Shown one piece after another: positions 50,332-63,750 of a stretch of 64,000 bases of DNA. This DNA is from Monocercomonoides exilis PA203 (lineage: Eukaryota > Protista > Preaxostyla): NCBI GenBank assembly GCA_001643675.2, contig LSRY02000020.1, positions 1,178,001-1,242,000 of the forward strand, written 5' to 3'. The notes below the pieces were generated by a model that was given only the letters and a program-made list of their open reading frames with translations, had not been told where the DNA came from and ran no database searches. Each line of letters opens with the position of its first letter. The first letter of the stretch is position 1. A program made the position numbers and the translations under genes.

Positions 50332-53300
50332 TTCTTCTCAAATCCCAATTGCTCAGCAAACATCAGCCACGCCTTCCTCTTCTCTCTCCACTCCTCTTTC
50401 TTCTTCTTCTTCTTCTTCTTCTTCTCCATCTCCCTCCTCCTCCTCCTTTTCTCCATCGTCGTCATCATCTTCTTTATCTCCCTTATCCCTTCCCTCAGCC
50501 TCAACCCCTCTTGTCTTCATCCCTTCTTCCCTGGACAACCCTTTCGAATGCTTCCTCCCACTCTCCTTCCCTTGCCTCTCATACGCCCTGCTCTTTGCAG
50601 AGAACTCGTATTTCCTCCACCTCCTCGACGAGACACGGTTTGTGGTGTCCTGCCAGTTCCAGCTGAAGATAAGGGCAGAGGAAATAAGAGAGGAAGAGGA
50701 TCGTGTTTTGAACTACTTGTTCAGGAAAATGTTCCGATTTCAGAGCAAACAGGCGAATGACATGCGGCTGATTCGGATGTGCACGCCGGAGGAGAGGAAA
50801 GAGATAGCGTCGTTTCGCGCGGAGTATGAGAGAGAAGAGGAGATGAAGGCGAAGAGGAGGGAAGAGGAGATGGAGAAGGATGAGGAAGCAGAGGAGATGA
50901 GGAGGAGGCAGATGCGGATGCGGATGAGGAGAGGGAAAGGAGCAAGAAGAACAGGAAGAACAGGAAGAAAAAGCGGAAGCAGAAGAAATGGATTTCTCAA
51001 TGTGAATGAAGGAGAAAACAGTCAAAACGGCAATGGAGGTAATAGTTTGAACACGCCAACAAAATTTTCTGTGTCAAACAAAGCGAAAGATAAAAACGGG
51101 TTTATGTCGTTGGGTGATGAAAATATACAAGTTGTTGGATTGGGTTTGTTCTATTTTTTGATTACAAGGATTATCATATCTGATGTGTACAATTGTTTTG
51201 AATTGATTCCTTTTTTTCATTTTTCTTATTCTGATTCTTATTCTTTTTCTTTTTCTCATTCTATCTCTTTCTCTATCTCTTTTTTTAAACTTTTTCGTTT
51301 TGCATCAACCTTTTATATCCACCAGACAACAATCTCTTTGTGGATGAAGAGTTTCCTCCTTCTCTCTCTTCTGTCTATTACCCTCAGCACATCCCTCAAA
51401 ACAAACACAAAATCGTCGGCTTTCAGAGAATTGGCGAGCTTACTCAAAATGGCGTGAACGATTTATTATCCTTGCCTTTCTCATTGACATCATCGTCTTC
51501 TTCTTCTTCTCTGCCTTCTTCTTCTTCTTCTTCTTCCTCCAATCTGAATGCCAATACAAACTCATCCGCTTCCTTGCCTTCCTCTTCCCTCGGCGCTTCT
51601 CCTTCTTCCTCACAGCTCGCGCGCTATCCCTCCGCATACCACCTCAAAGACACTCAACTTGGCAATTCTCCCTCTCAACCAGCAATTTCATCAAAAGCAG
51701 TTCTTTCTTCTTCATCCCAGTCACTTTTCCCTTATCGCCCTGAGCCAACGACGGTTAGGCAGGGTTTTCTTGGAGACTGCTACTTGGTTTCAGCGATGGC
51801 TGTGATTGCGCAAAGGAAAGGGCTGATTGAACGAATTTTCGCAGAAACAAAAGAAGAAGAAGCGAAGGAAGGGAAGTATACGCTTGTTTTGTATCCGGAT
51901 GGAGAGGAAACGCGTGTGGTGGTTGATGATTATGTGCCTTTTATCAATCTGAATGAGCAGCTTCAGCTGGCATCCAATTCATCATCCTCTACATCTTCTT
52001 CTTCTTCTCTTTCTTCTCTTTCCTCTTCTCCCTCTTCTCAATCTACTCTATCTTCTCCTCTCTTTGCCCACCCTGCGTTCTCCTTCTCCACACGCCAGGG
52101 CGAGAAATGGGTGTCTCTCGTGGAAAAGGCCTTTGCCAAGCTGTCCTTCTGCTACGAAGCGATCGAAGGCGGCCATGTACACATCGCAATGGCGCAGATG
52201 CTGGGCGGGTTTCCTGAGCGGATCTCGCTTGTGACGAGTGCAAAAAACAGCAACATTGGAAGTAGTGGCAGTGGCTATGGAAGCGAACGAGAGAGCAGAG
52301 GAGCATACGGTGTGTCATCGCTGGCGGCGCTTCCTCCGCTTGTAGCGTCGTCTGCATTGCCTTCTTCGTCTGGATTGTCTTCTCTGTCTGCCATTCCACA
52401 CAGATTGAGTGCGAACGACGTGTGGAACATCCTCACAGACCTGTTTCGCATGCAGTACCTCGTTGGATGTGGAAGCGGCTCGCGGTGGCGGAGGAAGCTG
52501 GACGAGGAAGGAGGAGAAGGACAAAGAGGAGAAGGAAATGACAGCAGCAAGGACAAGAACAAGAGAAGAGATGATGAAATCTCTGAGCTTGGGATTGTGC
52601 AGGGCCATGCGTATGCGATCTGCAAGATACAGGAGGAGTTTGGGGTGCGGCTGATTCTGCTGCAGAATCCGCTGGGAAAAGCGCTGTGGTGCGGTAACTG
52701 GTGTGTGAATTCGCCACTATGGCAGCGGAAGCACAGGGCGAAGTTTGGCGTGGCAGACCCGAACAAAGGGCTGTTCTTCATCTCGGTGGAGGACTTTGTG
52801 GAGAACTTTGACTCTATCTACATCTGCAGAGTGATCCCGGACAACTGGGCGAAAGTGAGCGTGGAGGCCAGCTGGAACAACATCACGTCGGTGGGGTACA
52901 AGACGAAGCGGCTGCATCCGCTTTCGCCGCAGTTTGTGCTGTATGTTGTGCGCAAAACGGAAGTGGCAATGAGAATTGTGCAAGGGAAGGAGAAGAGGAA
53001 GAGGAGGAGAAAGAACAAGAGTCTTGGAGATGATGATGATGAACTGAACAGAACGCAAAGTGCTTGTGAAGACAAAGATGATGAAGAGGAATACAGTGAA
53101 AGTGATGATGATGACGACGACGATGAAGAAGATGATGAACAAGAAATGGAAGAAGAAGATGAGATGCTTTTCATCGGGTTCTTCATCATGAAGACGAACG
53201 GAAAACGGGCGTCAGCAATTGTGCCGTCTCGTCTTGTGTATTCTCCGCCCGCACTCCGCAACATGAAGTCAGTTGAGGCGTCATTTACACTCGAAAGAGG

Positions 53301-53829
53301 GAAATACACAATCATTCCAGTGGTGCATGAGACACTGGGCGAACTGAAGACAAGGAGGCGTGGGACAGACAGTGGAGATGAAGGGAATGACAACGAGATG
53401 AGGAATATGTCTGATTCACTTGCATTTGCATCAGCATCTTCAGCCTCTTTGACTTCTTCTGCTACAAAGTCCTCAAAAGCAAACAAAATCAAGCAACAAG
53501 AGAATAGGAACAGAGAGCGAGATCAGATGGAGTCGACGATGCTGAAATCTCCAACGATGACGAAGCTGATTGCAATATCTCCGACAGCCCGTGCGCTCCA
53601 GAACACGCAGCAGACGCCTCTGAAGAGCGAAATGTCTGCTGCTTCTTTGTTTAATGCTTATTCTCCGAGCACGATGGGCAAGACGCTGAGGAGGATGCTG
53701 GGAAATACACAGGGATTTATGGGGAGGACAGAAGGAAATATGTTGATGAAGGATGAGGTTCCATTCAGTTTGACTGTGTATTCAGATTCTATGGTGAAGC
53801 TTGCTCCAGTGACTGATGAGCATGATTAA
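43126..53829 (+). CDS. Multi-transmembrane calpain (TML-CysPc-C2L, DEK1-like architecture), multi-exon
   Basis: Many hydrophobic segments across 43.1-47.8 kb, then a charged/Ser linker at 48167-51143. Intron 51144-51325 (GTTTGT..CAG) joins in frame to FVDEEFPP...QGFLGDCYLVSA...WVSLVEKAFAKL..YEAIEGG...GHAY...LQNPLG and domain III (SPQF, GKYTIIP). Confidence 0.8.
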
Positions 53830-54636
53830 TTATTGATAGAATGTTACTATTATTACTACTATTACATTTACTATTATTGTTATAGTTATTATTATTTTGA
53901 GAAAAGTCTTTTTTTATCTGAATGATTTTTGCGACTTTTAAAAAAAACAAAAAATATTTATTAATTTTTGGTTTATTTAAAACAAAAATATAAATGTTTG
54001 AGAAAATATTTTGTTTGTTGAAGAATTATTGATTGTCTTTCTTGAAAGAAATCATATTTTAGATTTAATAATGTTTTGTTTTTGATTTTCTTAATTTTTT
54101 GTCATCTCATTTTCCTTTTTGAAAAAGGATTATTCGCAACTCGTATCAAAAGCGCATTTCTCTTTTTTTTCACACAAATTAGAAAGCATTCTTTTGAATT
54201 ATTGGTTTGAAAATACTTTAAAGGCGAAAACTTGTTTTTCATATTTAGTCATAGAAGCACAGACAAATAAAGTATTTTGATAAAAAAAGTGTATTTATAA
54301 TCTGAGACTTTCAAATAAAAAGTTAAGTAATTGTAAGTGAATGCATAAATATATAAGTTCGAAAACAACGAAAAAAAAGCATAAAGAATTATAAAATAAA
54401 ATAAAATAAAATAAAGTCACAACTGAATCCAATTGATCATCATAACTGTATGAAAAAGACAAAGAAAACCAATTTCAATCCTTCAAAAAATAAAACAAAT
54501 TCAACCACAAATTAAGAAAAGATCTCCGATTTTTCCCCCTTCAAACTGAGCTTATTTCTTCATTTTGTTCAATTATTTTATCCGAAACGTTCCCAGAATT
54601 TTGCAAGTTGTAACTTGCTGTGTTATCTTTTTCAAC

Positions 54637-56322
54637 TCAAACATTGTCACCTGATTCCGAATCAACACTTGAAACATTTTGAGATTGCGACACTTTCTCA
54701 CTTTCAACTACCAATTGCACTGCCCCTTCAGCAACACAGGCTGGAATATAAGATGATTCTGTTGATTCATTCACATTCTCTTCTTCTTCTTTCACTTCTT
54801 CTGAATTCAATTTCTCATCACCCACCACAAAACCCTCTGAGTTTTCAGCAGCATCATTTTTATCCTCTTCTCTCACTGTTTCCACTGTATTTGGCAAGAT
54901 TTTGCTCAACGCAGCGCGAGTCGTGGATTTCATTTCAGCTTTCTTCTTCTCCATAAATCTGTAAGTGAAAATGGAGTCTGTTGAACAAAGCGGAGGAATC
55001 GAAGAATGCGATGGATAGAACGAAGATGGAATAAATGCTGGCGAGCGCAATTTTTTCGAGTTTATCTCTTCGATCTGCTTTTTGACGATTTCTCTGTTCC
55101 TTTCTGAGGTGATGTATCCGTCTGGCGCGTTGAGGAGCCTCTCGTTTATCTGCCCATCCCATTTTTTGCTCTTTGGCGACATCAGCGTTTCCTCCATTTT
55201 TTCTTTCTCTTCCAAATGCTTTGTCTTTTCCAGTGCAGCTTTCGCTCTCAGAATGGAAGACTCGTTTTGCTTGACATTTGCAGCTGCAGCAGCAACTGCT
55301 GTTGAATGGGAATAATTAGCAGAACGCTGGCTGGAGCTGGCTGTTGACTCAAGCGGAGCATCAAAAGAAGGAGACGAAGGGAACGCCGATGACGAACTGG
55401 GTGAGAAATGTGTGGGCGTATGCACCAACGAAGAAGAAAGAGGGGAAGGTGAAGAGCACAGCGAGCCCATTGAAGATTTTGGTGTGTGGAGAGGAGACAG
55501 CATCGCAGAAGGCGGAGATTGGTCAAGCAGACGAGGAGAAGATAGAGAGCGACTTAAAGTCTGCTGCGCAGTTTTGATCTCTTTTTCTTCTTTGACTGAG
55601 GCAGACGGGTTGAAGAAAGTAACATTCTGTACAATCACCGGCTCGTATGGGGTGAATGCATGGGGTGATGAAATATGCCTTGAAGAAGGAGAGAGAAGAT
55701 AGGAACCTGCAGGTGATGATGGAGTCTGAGAAAGCATAACTGGCGAGCTTTGCTGTTTAATCTTTGAAGCTGCTGGCAAAGTGGCAGTTGGGGCATCAAT
55801 TTTCTTTTCTTGCTGAATGCATTCAGTATTTGTCATTTTCATTGAATCGGCATCAGAAGCAATAACGGGATTAGGAGCAACAAACGATTGCAAATCAGTT
55901 GTTTGATGTGCTTCTGGCTGTTCTTTTTCATTTATTTCTTCATTTTGCTTTTCTTGTGAAAGGTTGTCTTTTATATTATTTGTTGACTCAAGCGAAAAGC
56001 TTTGAGATGCCTCCAATTCTTTTAGCATCCTGTATCTTTCTGCTTCCATTTCTTCGAATTCTTTCTCATTTTTTTCCCAAATTTGTTGGTACAGCTGCTG
56101 ATAACTGTATTTTTTTGGAACTTTTGGGGCTGTATGAAGATGTTCGTTTATTCTCTTTCTTTTTAGAAGAGTTCTGATTGTATGATGATTTGGAGAATGC
56201 TTTGGAATACTTTTCTCCATTTTTTCTTTAATCTCTTGCTTCATACGATTGAATTCCTTTCTCTCACGCTTTTTCACTGCACGTTCCTGTTTTAATTTCT
56301 CCTGACATACAAAAATGAGCAA
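54637..56322 (-). CDS. Hypothetical coiled-coil/Ser-Pro-rich protein, terminal exon (upstream exons unresolved)
   Basis: 561-codon ORF with a probable splice acceptor near 56303. No family recognised. Confidence 0.6.
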   Translation of the reverse strand: MLIFVCQEKLKQERAVKKRERKEFNRMKQEIKEKMEKSIPKHSPNHHTIRTLLKRKRINEHLHTAPKVPKKYSYQQLYQQIWEKNEKEFEEMEAERYRMLKELEASQSFSLESTNNIKDNLSQEKQNEEINEKEQPEAHQTTDLQSFVAPNPVIASDADSMKMTNTECIQQEKKIDAPTATLPAASKIKQQSSPVMLSQTPSSPAGSYLLSPSSRHISSPHAFTPYEPVIVQNVTFFNPSASVKEEKEIKTAQQTLSRSLSSPRLLDQSPPSAMLSPLHTPKSSMGSLCSSPSPLSSSLVHTPTHFSPSSSSAFPSSPSFDAPLESTASSSQRSANYSHSTAVAAAAANVKQNESSILRAKAALEKTKHLEEKEKMEETLMSPKSKKWDGQINERLLNAPDGYITSERNREIVKKQIEEINSKKLRSPAFIPSSFYPSHSSIPPLCSTDSIFTYRFMEKKKAEMKSTTRAALSKILPNTVETVREEDKNDAAENSEGFVVGDEKLNSEEVKEEEENVNESTESSYIPACVAEGAVQLVVESEKVSQSQNVSSVDSESGDNV

Positions 56323-57892
56323 ATTGAATAATTTTTGAAAGTTTGCTTCATGTTAATTATTCATATATTTATAAACTTTTCTTTTATTTTCTTCATTCAA
56401 CATTCGTTGTTTCCTTCTACGTTCGATTTCCTCTCTAGCTTGCTCTCTGAGTGCTTTTCTCTCTTTTTCTTTTTTATAAATTGTTTGGTAATCACCGAAA
56501 ACATAAACAAGAAAAAAAACACATTCAAAAAATGCAAAGAAAACGAAATAAACCTGCTAATACAAATTGCACTCCTTTAGAAACATGATTTTCAATCAAG
56601 TTTTCATCGTTATTACATTGGTAATTTAATTCCTATCGTTTAAATTGTATTATATCAAAAAGCAAAATTTCTAGAAGAATAACCAAAAAAACACAAACTT
56701 GAACCTGAGGCACATGATCACAATAATTTTCCATAGAAAAAGAACTTGAGATTTAAATGAGAGTATCTTATATGCAACAGAAATCAAATCAAGATTTTTT
56801 ATTGATCACAATCCCCATTGACACGATTGAGAAATTTTTCGTTGAATGTTAATCTCAAGCTAAAAATCACATGAAATGACATCAGTTTTTCTTTTTAAAA
56901 AGAATGTCGAATTGCAATTTTTTTTAATTGTGAAAATTAAAAAAATTTGCATTTCGATATATTCTTTAAAACAATACAGAAACGAAAACATGAAATCAGC
57001 CAAGATAAAGCAAAAGAGCAGAAAGAAAAATAAAATGAAAGCGTGCAACATTTATGAAAAAAATGAAATGAGAAGTCTATTGTTCAATTTTTTGGTATCT
57101 AACATCTTTGTGAACGTTGAAGCACCGTAAAAAACATCTAGCAGAATACACATTGCATGCGTATGAGTCGTTAAATCTGTTTTTTAAAAAATAAAACAAG
57201 TGAGGGATAAGTAATTAGAAGGTGAATTAAAATCAGTTATTCCCGTAAATTGAGCAAAAAGAATGAGGAGGAATTGATGAAGGCTTTGTTTCCGCGGTTA
57301 ATGATGCTCGAGAAGATTCCGCATCACCTTGAAGTTCCTAAATAAACTGAAAAAGAAAATGATTGCGGCAATATAATAAAAGACATGCTGATTCAAAAAG
57401 TGTATCACGAAAAGTGGTAACAAGTTTCTTTTCAGGGGTTCGAATTTCAAAGTCTCCGTGTGCTTGTCTCCATTTTCATGTGATCGAACATCATCACGAA
57501 AATAAGTTCCTCGACTGCTTGTTGTATTTACCCTTGAATATTTCGTGCCAACTTCAGATTCAATGCTTCTCAGATATAACGTTGCATTTTACTGTAAATT
57601 TTCGTTTGAATGCGAAATTCTGACAACATAAAAAATTTACATAATGTCATAAGCATTCAAAAATAATAGATTTCGAAATGACTCCAAAGCACCACAAAAA
57701 CAATGTTCATTTGATCAACATTTTTAGATAAAGGGCTTTAAATTATTTTATATTTGATTTCTTTCTCACTCAAAGGACAAAGGTTAGAAAAATGCATATG
57801 TACTCATAATTAGATGTTATTAATTTTTGAAATGTCATTTCAATATTTGCTTTTTATTTCTGTTTGCTGACACTGGTTTATTTCAATTAGAA

Positions 57893-58885
57893 ATGCCTTC
57901 ATCTCCTCGTAGATCTTCTTCACGCAGTAGTAATAGTCGTCATCGTTCATATGATGTAAATGATGAACACTATAGACGTAGACGATATCGTTCTCCTTCC
58001 TCAAGATCTCGCAACTTGTCAAGAGGTTCACATCACTCACATCATCGTTCCCGTGATGACCATCATCACCGTTATCGTTCACGAAGCCGAAGTCGATCTC
58101 GAGATTCTTTATACAGAAGACGCGATAGATCTCGTTCTTCGCGTTCTGATTCACCACGATCTAGGCATTGGCATGATAATTATTCTCATCGCTTATCTCC
58201 ATCTTCTTATCGTCGTACTTTTCGTAACGACGATCGTCAATCACGTAGAATGTTCCAGCAACGAACGAGGAGAGATAATAGATTGAAAAGCGAAAGATAT
58301 ACGAAAGAAGAAATTGAATCTTGCCGGCATATTTTCTTGGGAAATCTTGATTCTGAAGTGAACAACGATACAATAAAAAGGCAAATCGGAAGTGAGCTTG
58401 TGGATAAAGTGTTAAATATTACAATGTTTCAAGGAGGTTCTCGCCCAAAAGGCATAGCATTTGTTGAATGCAATAGTCATGAAGATGCAGAAGAAATTTT
58501 CAATGCTCTAAAAGGAACTGCAATCAGAGGAAGGACAATCAACGTTGACTGGGACATCGGAAGAGAAGCAAAAGAAAAACAAAGAAGAAAGCAAGATGCT
58601 GAAGTATCTCTTCCACCGCTCCAAGATTCTTCTGACTTTGCTTCCTCCTCGTCTGATCCATCTTCTTTAACTTTTTCAAATACTTCGAGCGAGTCAGCAG
58701 ATAATTTTGAAAAGGAAGAGCATTCGGCTGTTGGTAGATCACCTTCGCCTCCTCGCTCTCGTTCTCGCTCTCGGTCCCCTTCACAACCTCATTCTCACTC
58801 TCGTTCTCAATCCCCTCGTTCATCTGCACCAGATGTTTCTCATTCCCCTTTACTTGCTTCTGAGCCTTCCACAGAACCGCTGTAG
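57893..58885 (+). CDS. RS-RRM-RS RNA-binding protein (SR/Tra2-like architecture)
   Basis: RS-rich ends, RNP2 IFLGNL, RNP1 KGIAFVEC, and GRTINVDW. Confidence 0.85.
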   Translation: MPSSPRRSSSRSSNSRHRSYDVNDEHYRRRRYRSPSSRSRNLSRGSHHSHHRSRDDHHHRYRSRSRSRSRDSLYRRRDRSRSSRSDSPRSRHWHDNYSHRLSPSSYRRTFRNDDRQSRRMFQQRTRRDNRLKSERYTKEEIESCRHIFLGNLDSEVNNDTIKRQIGSELVDKVLNITMFQGGSRPKGIAFVECNSHEDAEEIFNALKGTAIRGRTINVDWDIGREAKEKQRRKQDAEVSLPPLQDSSDFASSSSDPSSLTFSNTSSESADNFEKEEHSAVGRSPSPPRSRSRSRSPSQPHSHSRSQSPRSSAPDVSHSPLLASEPSTEPL

Positions 58886-59790
58886 GAAGCACTTCAATTC
58901 AAGTGTGTTTTAGTGTGTATAAGTTTATGGCGGGTATTTTTTTCAGTGTTATTCGGTGAATTCTTTTAATGTGTTTTTTTTTTTTAAGTGTGTATTTCAT
59001 TTGGATTTCTGAAAAGATCGGAACAAAGAAATTTTTCTATTCACAAAGGAGGCATTCCTTTTGAATAGAAATATGAAAGTGAAAATAGTCTTTTTTTATG
59101 GTGCATCACTTATTTGAGTATCTGTTCATATTATAAATATTTTTTCTTTCTTTTTTGTAGTTATGTAATTTTATTTTTAAAAATTAATTTCAACAACCAT
59201 AGAAAAATCCAAATGATAAACATTAGCGAAAATCAAATACATTAAAACTTTTTTTATTGCGAAAAGAATTGTGCATTTTTATTCAATTGTGAAAAACGAA
59301 CCAGTATAAATCACAAATTTCAGGGAAAAGTTTTTTAAGTTCAATGTATTCTTTCCAGATAATCCATTCAAACACTTTGGAATAGATGTTTAATTGAACG
59401 AAAAATTGAATCGACCAGATGTTTGGATTGAAGATAAAATTGGATTCTTTTTTGAGATTTTTAAACTTCAACGGAAGAAAACCAGCATTAATAACATATC
59501 ACTGACAGTCTGTATGATAACGACTTTGTTGATACAGGAGAGTCGATTCAGTTCCTCTCAGATTAAGCTTTTTCTTCATTTCCAGCCTGTTGAGCACATT
59601 AATTGACTTCATCCATAAAAAATCACGTTCCTCCGCATTCATTGAAGGAAAAAATGTTGCTACTTACAACTTAGAAAGAGAAGTGAATAAATTCTCAATT
59701 TTTGTAAAGTTTTTTTTTTTAGAAAAAATAAAATTTTGTGTTATGCAAAAGATTGCAAATAAAAATTTTCCTTCAATTTTCCGAAATTTC

Positions 59791-62700
59791 TCAATTTAAA
59801 ACAGAAAAACGATGAAGAGTGCTTAAAAGAGAAAATGCCTCCAATGAAATAGATGGAACCTGTTTAGAAGAACATAAATTAATAAGTATTTGTAAGTCAT
59901 TTTTGGATATTTTAAATTGCTCAATAAAAGCAGAAGCATCTGAAGATACGTCTTGCCTATCGCCGGATTCAGCGTGCACAGATGGAATAGTAAGAACGAA
60001 AAGACTGAGAAGCTTGAGTGCAAGAATAATGCTCTGTTCTGATGAATCTGCGAGACACGATAGCAAAACAGGAACAGCACCTGACATTATCAAAACCTTT
60101 CGATTGCCTATAATGTTTGGAAAAAAATAATATTTCATAAGAAAAGAGAGAAATATTAATGAAAATTGAATTTTTTTGCAAAATTAAGAAAGGAAAAGGA
60201 AAAGGAAAAGGAAAAGGAAAAGGAAAAGAAAAACGAAAGAAATTGCTTTATAAAACACATGTTTGTCGCTTAAAGAGCACACCTTGATATTCTGCCAAGC
60301 ATGACAATGCACCCAGATAATTAACCAACTGTTCCCCATTTGATTTATCCGATATTAAATCACATAAAGCCTTTGAAATTTCTATTAACAGCACATCCGG
60401 CACTGGCTTTGCCTTATAAAAGAAACACATCAACAAAATTGCATTGCAAAACAATTCAAAATCAAGCTTTGAATCACCGCTTTCTCCTTTCTCGTAAGCA
60501 AAAACAGAAGAAACGTTAAACGCTTGCCCTTTTTCATTTGCTTGTCTTTTACCTTTGTATATATGCAATTGAGACTCCACAAAAAGCTGCAAAACACTGA
60601 GGCATCCAACACTGTGGAAGTAATTGAAAAAGACATTTGGTTGGGGCTTTGGTTGCTTTGGTAGTTCTGAATCAGAATAAATGCGAATAACTTCGAGTTC
60701 GTCTGTAACGTATGATCGAATGCATTTGTCTTTTGGATTAACTGAACCAGAACTTTCTGGGTTAACTTGCTGAGACTCAATATCTCTGGCAAGCTTGCAC
60801 GCCATCGCCATCCCTGCCATGGCTGCTCCATATAGCAAATCCAGAGCTGTGCCAATCAGTTTTCTTCCGCTGTTTGCAAGAGTGTTAAGTTCATTCACTT
60901 TGTTTGTTATGTCTTGGAGAGGCTTTCGTGTTGAAGAATCTGAAGAGGAACTGCTCAATACAACCGAGTTTTGTTTGATAATTGCAGAAAACGATTCTTT
61001 CACATTCTCCCACAATTTCTGGGGGAAAAGCTGTGGAATAATTGGAGTCGAACCATCAACCAAAAAACAGTGCTGAGAAGAAGCTTTCATTTCTGTGTCA
61101 ACAATTCCCGCTAAGCACATCCCGAGTAGCATTGCCTCTCCCACGTACCGTGGCACGTTTGATCGCGCTGCTGTTGACATTGAATCTCTGTCCAGCAAAG
61201 ATATCAGCCTCACAATTTCAATAGAAGCACTCCGGAGTGAGGAAGATGGATGAATGAGAAAGGCAAAAATATGTTCAAGCAAAGGAGAATGAAGAATCTG
61301 CATTTCAACTGGCATATCGAAGCAAAGATTCTCATAAACAATTTTGAGCAATTTCAATGCAGAAACTGCATTGGCAACGATGTAAGGGTTTTCCTTGCAC
61401 TTTTCAGTTGTGGAGCTGTTAACCGAATCTGACGAAACCGCAACAAACACATTTTCAAGAGCACGAAAAAGACCTTCTTCAAGCATATCTGCACACACTT
61501 TGGGAGGTGAAGAAAAATCCATTTTATACGGCACATCCGAATAGGCTATCTGAGTTAGGCATTCCAAAATTTTGCTACAGACAAATGGTGAAGCCTTTGA
61601 CATGGCACGTATCAGCTTTTCTTCAGCTTTGCAGTCTCTTAAGCATTGGACGTTTGCTTTTTTAAAAAAATATAAAGATGAAGAAAACAAGAAGAAAAGT
61701 TTAGAATATTCAAATAATCGTTGAGAAAAAAATAAAATAAAATAAAACATGAAAAAAAAAAAGTAATTTGTTTCAAACGTGAATGTTCCAACAAAGCAAC
61801 AATGCCATCGAGAATTCGCGATAAGATGCGCTCATCGTTGCAAGGCAGCAGTTGTTTGATTGTTTTTGTGATCATCTCCTCTCCAATTTTCATGGCAGAA
61901 ATTCCTTTGTTGATCAGCATTAATGAGATAGAAGCAGATTTGCAATGATTATCTGAAGGTATTTTAATCGCACTTTTATCAACCGCAAAAGGAACTTCGA
62001 TGATGGCCGATTCTGATGATGAAATAACTTTATCCAACGAAATGGAAAGCTGAGAAATTTCAAATAATTCCTTAAATTTGTTGAATTGTGCTTGCTTTTC
62101 AATGTTAAGCCCGACTGCTGCAATGTTTTCAGTTGTGCCGAGTGCAAAGGTGAGCAGCGCAGAAAGAGCAGGATAATAACTTTTCGGAATGAGTGAATGG
62201 CAGTCAATGCAATTGCTAATGGCATCTGCCAATAGTTTCAGAACGTTCAAGCTAATCATACGCTCAACCTGCTTATTTGAAGCAGAGCAGCTCATGTTGT
62301 ACAAAACGGAAAATGCTTCAACGAGACTCCCATCGTCAATGCCTGTGCACAACAAAGTGCTGTTGACCTGCAATGCAGAATCAAATAGCTCCCAGTTTTC
62401 TCTCTTCATAATAACGTTGACTGCTTTGCATGACGAAACAATATTTGCGAGTGTCTTGAATGATTCGCTGCGGAGTTTTGTGTTGCTTGTGTTTATAAGA
62501 TAAAAAAGCGTTTGAATGAGTCCACCGTTGACATATTTACGCTGTGTGCGAATTTTTAGAGCAACCTCTTCTTGTATATCTGAAAGGATCGAGCAAACAA
62601 CTTCCACGCTTGAGTTTCTTCAAAAAAGCAATATGAGAAAAAAGGAACGAGGATAAAATAACTAAAAAGCAAACTTTAGCGCAAGAATTTTGTTTTCAAT

Positions 62701-63284
62701 AGATTTCAAATTCTTTGGTTTGTCTCCAATCGTTCCACTATCATTTTTTGTCTAAAAAATAAATAAATAAAAATACAAATGAAAATGAAAAGGTGGACAT
62801 TAATTTGAGCATACATCATGAACAACAAGAAGTTCATCGCAGACAGATTTCAAAGGCTGTTGTTCCGTTGAACCAAGAATTAGTCTGTGAAGTGTGAATA
62901 ATATCATTTGTAATTCAAGCTTATAAAAGTTTTTTAAAAATAGCAAAAAATAAATAGGAAAAGCGAACCTTATAGGGGTGTGGATTAATTAAATTAACAT
63001 TCAGCACAATCGTTGGAATAAGATTAGAAGAAACAATTGAATCAATATTTCTATTATCTAAGATAAAGTGTAAAAATGCATTTAAATCAAATATAAAACC
63101 TTCTAATAAACGGTTTCGAAACTGCCTGATTATTTCAATTGATCCAGAAATTGAAGGATCACGAATTGCATCTTCGACTTGTTTCAAATATTTCGACTTT
63201 TTTCAAAAAAACAATGATGCTCAAAATAATAAACAAAAAAGAAAATACATCATAAGTTAACAATGGGGCATCTTTAGAAGCCAT
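59791..63284 (-). CDS. Armadillo-repeat protein (importin-alpha-like N-terminus), multi-exon; 3' end uncertain
   Basis: IIRQFRNRLL..NIDSIVSSNLIPTIV, GGLIQTLFYLI..SFKTLANIVS and MSGAVPVLLSCL, separated by AT-rich GT-AG introns. Confidence 0.65.
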
Positions 63285-63750
63285 TGTTTTTATCAAAATC
63301 AACACAATAAAAATATATCAAGTTTTTCAACTAAATAATGTAATGGTAGTTTGGATCGAAATATTGCTTATTCTTTCGTAAATAAATTGAAATAACATTT
63401 CCACAACTGGTCATTAAAAAAAAGAATATCCAGGTTAAAAGATAAGCACTCCTGTTTTGTTGAGAATAAAATATATCCTTGAATATGAATGATTTTTCAC
63501 ATTAAAAATATTCAAGGAATAATAATCACCATGACATATACATTTTTTTCGTTCATTTTTTTAACTTTTCCTATGAATTATTTCCTTTGAAGGTTCCAAA
63601 GAAAAAAAAAAATCTTTTAATGCCCAATATAATTTTTTTGATGATTGATAATTTATTTGAGAGGTTTTTTGAAATTATTAGTGCGTAACAAATATCAATT
63701 TATTTTTTTTTATTTTTAAATTTTTTTATCGTCAAGCACACTTTCGCTAG

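Noticed and set aside
56330-57720. Possible upstream exons of the 54637-56322 gene
   Set aside because: Candidate exons contain stops in the frames tried; no consistent model without RNA data
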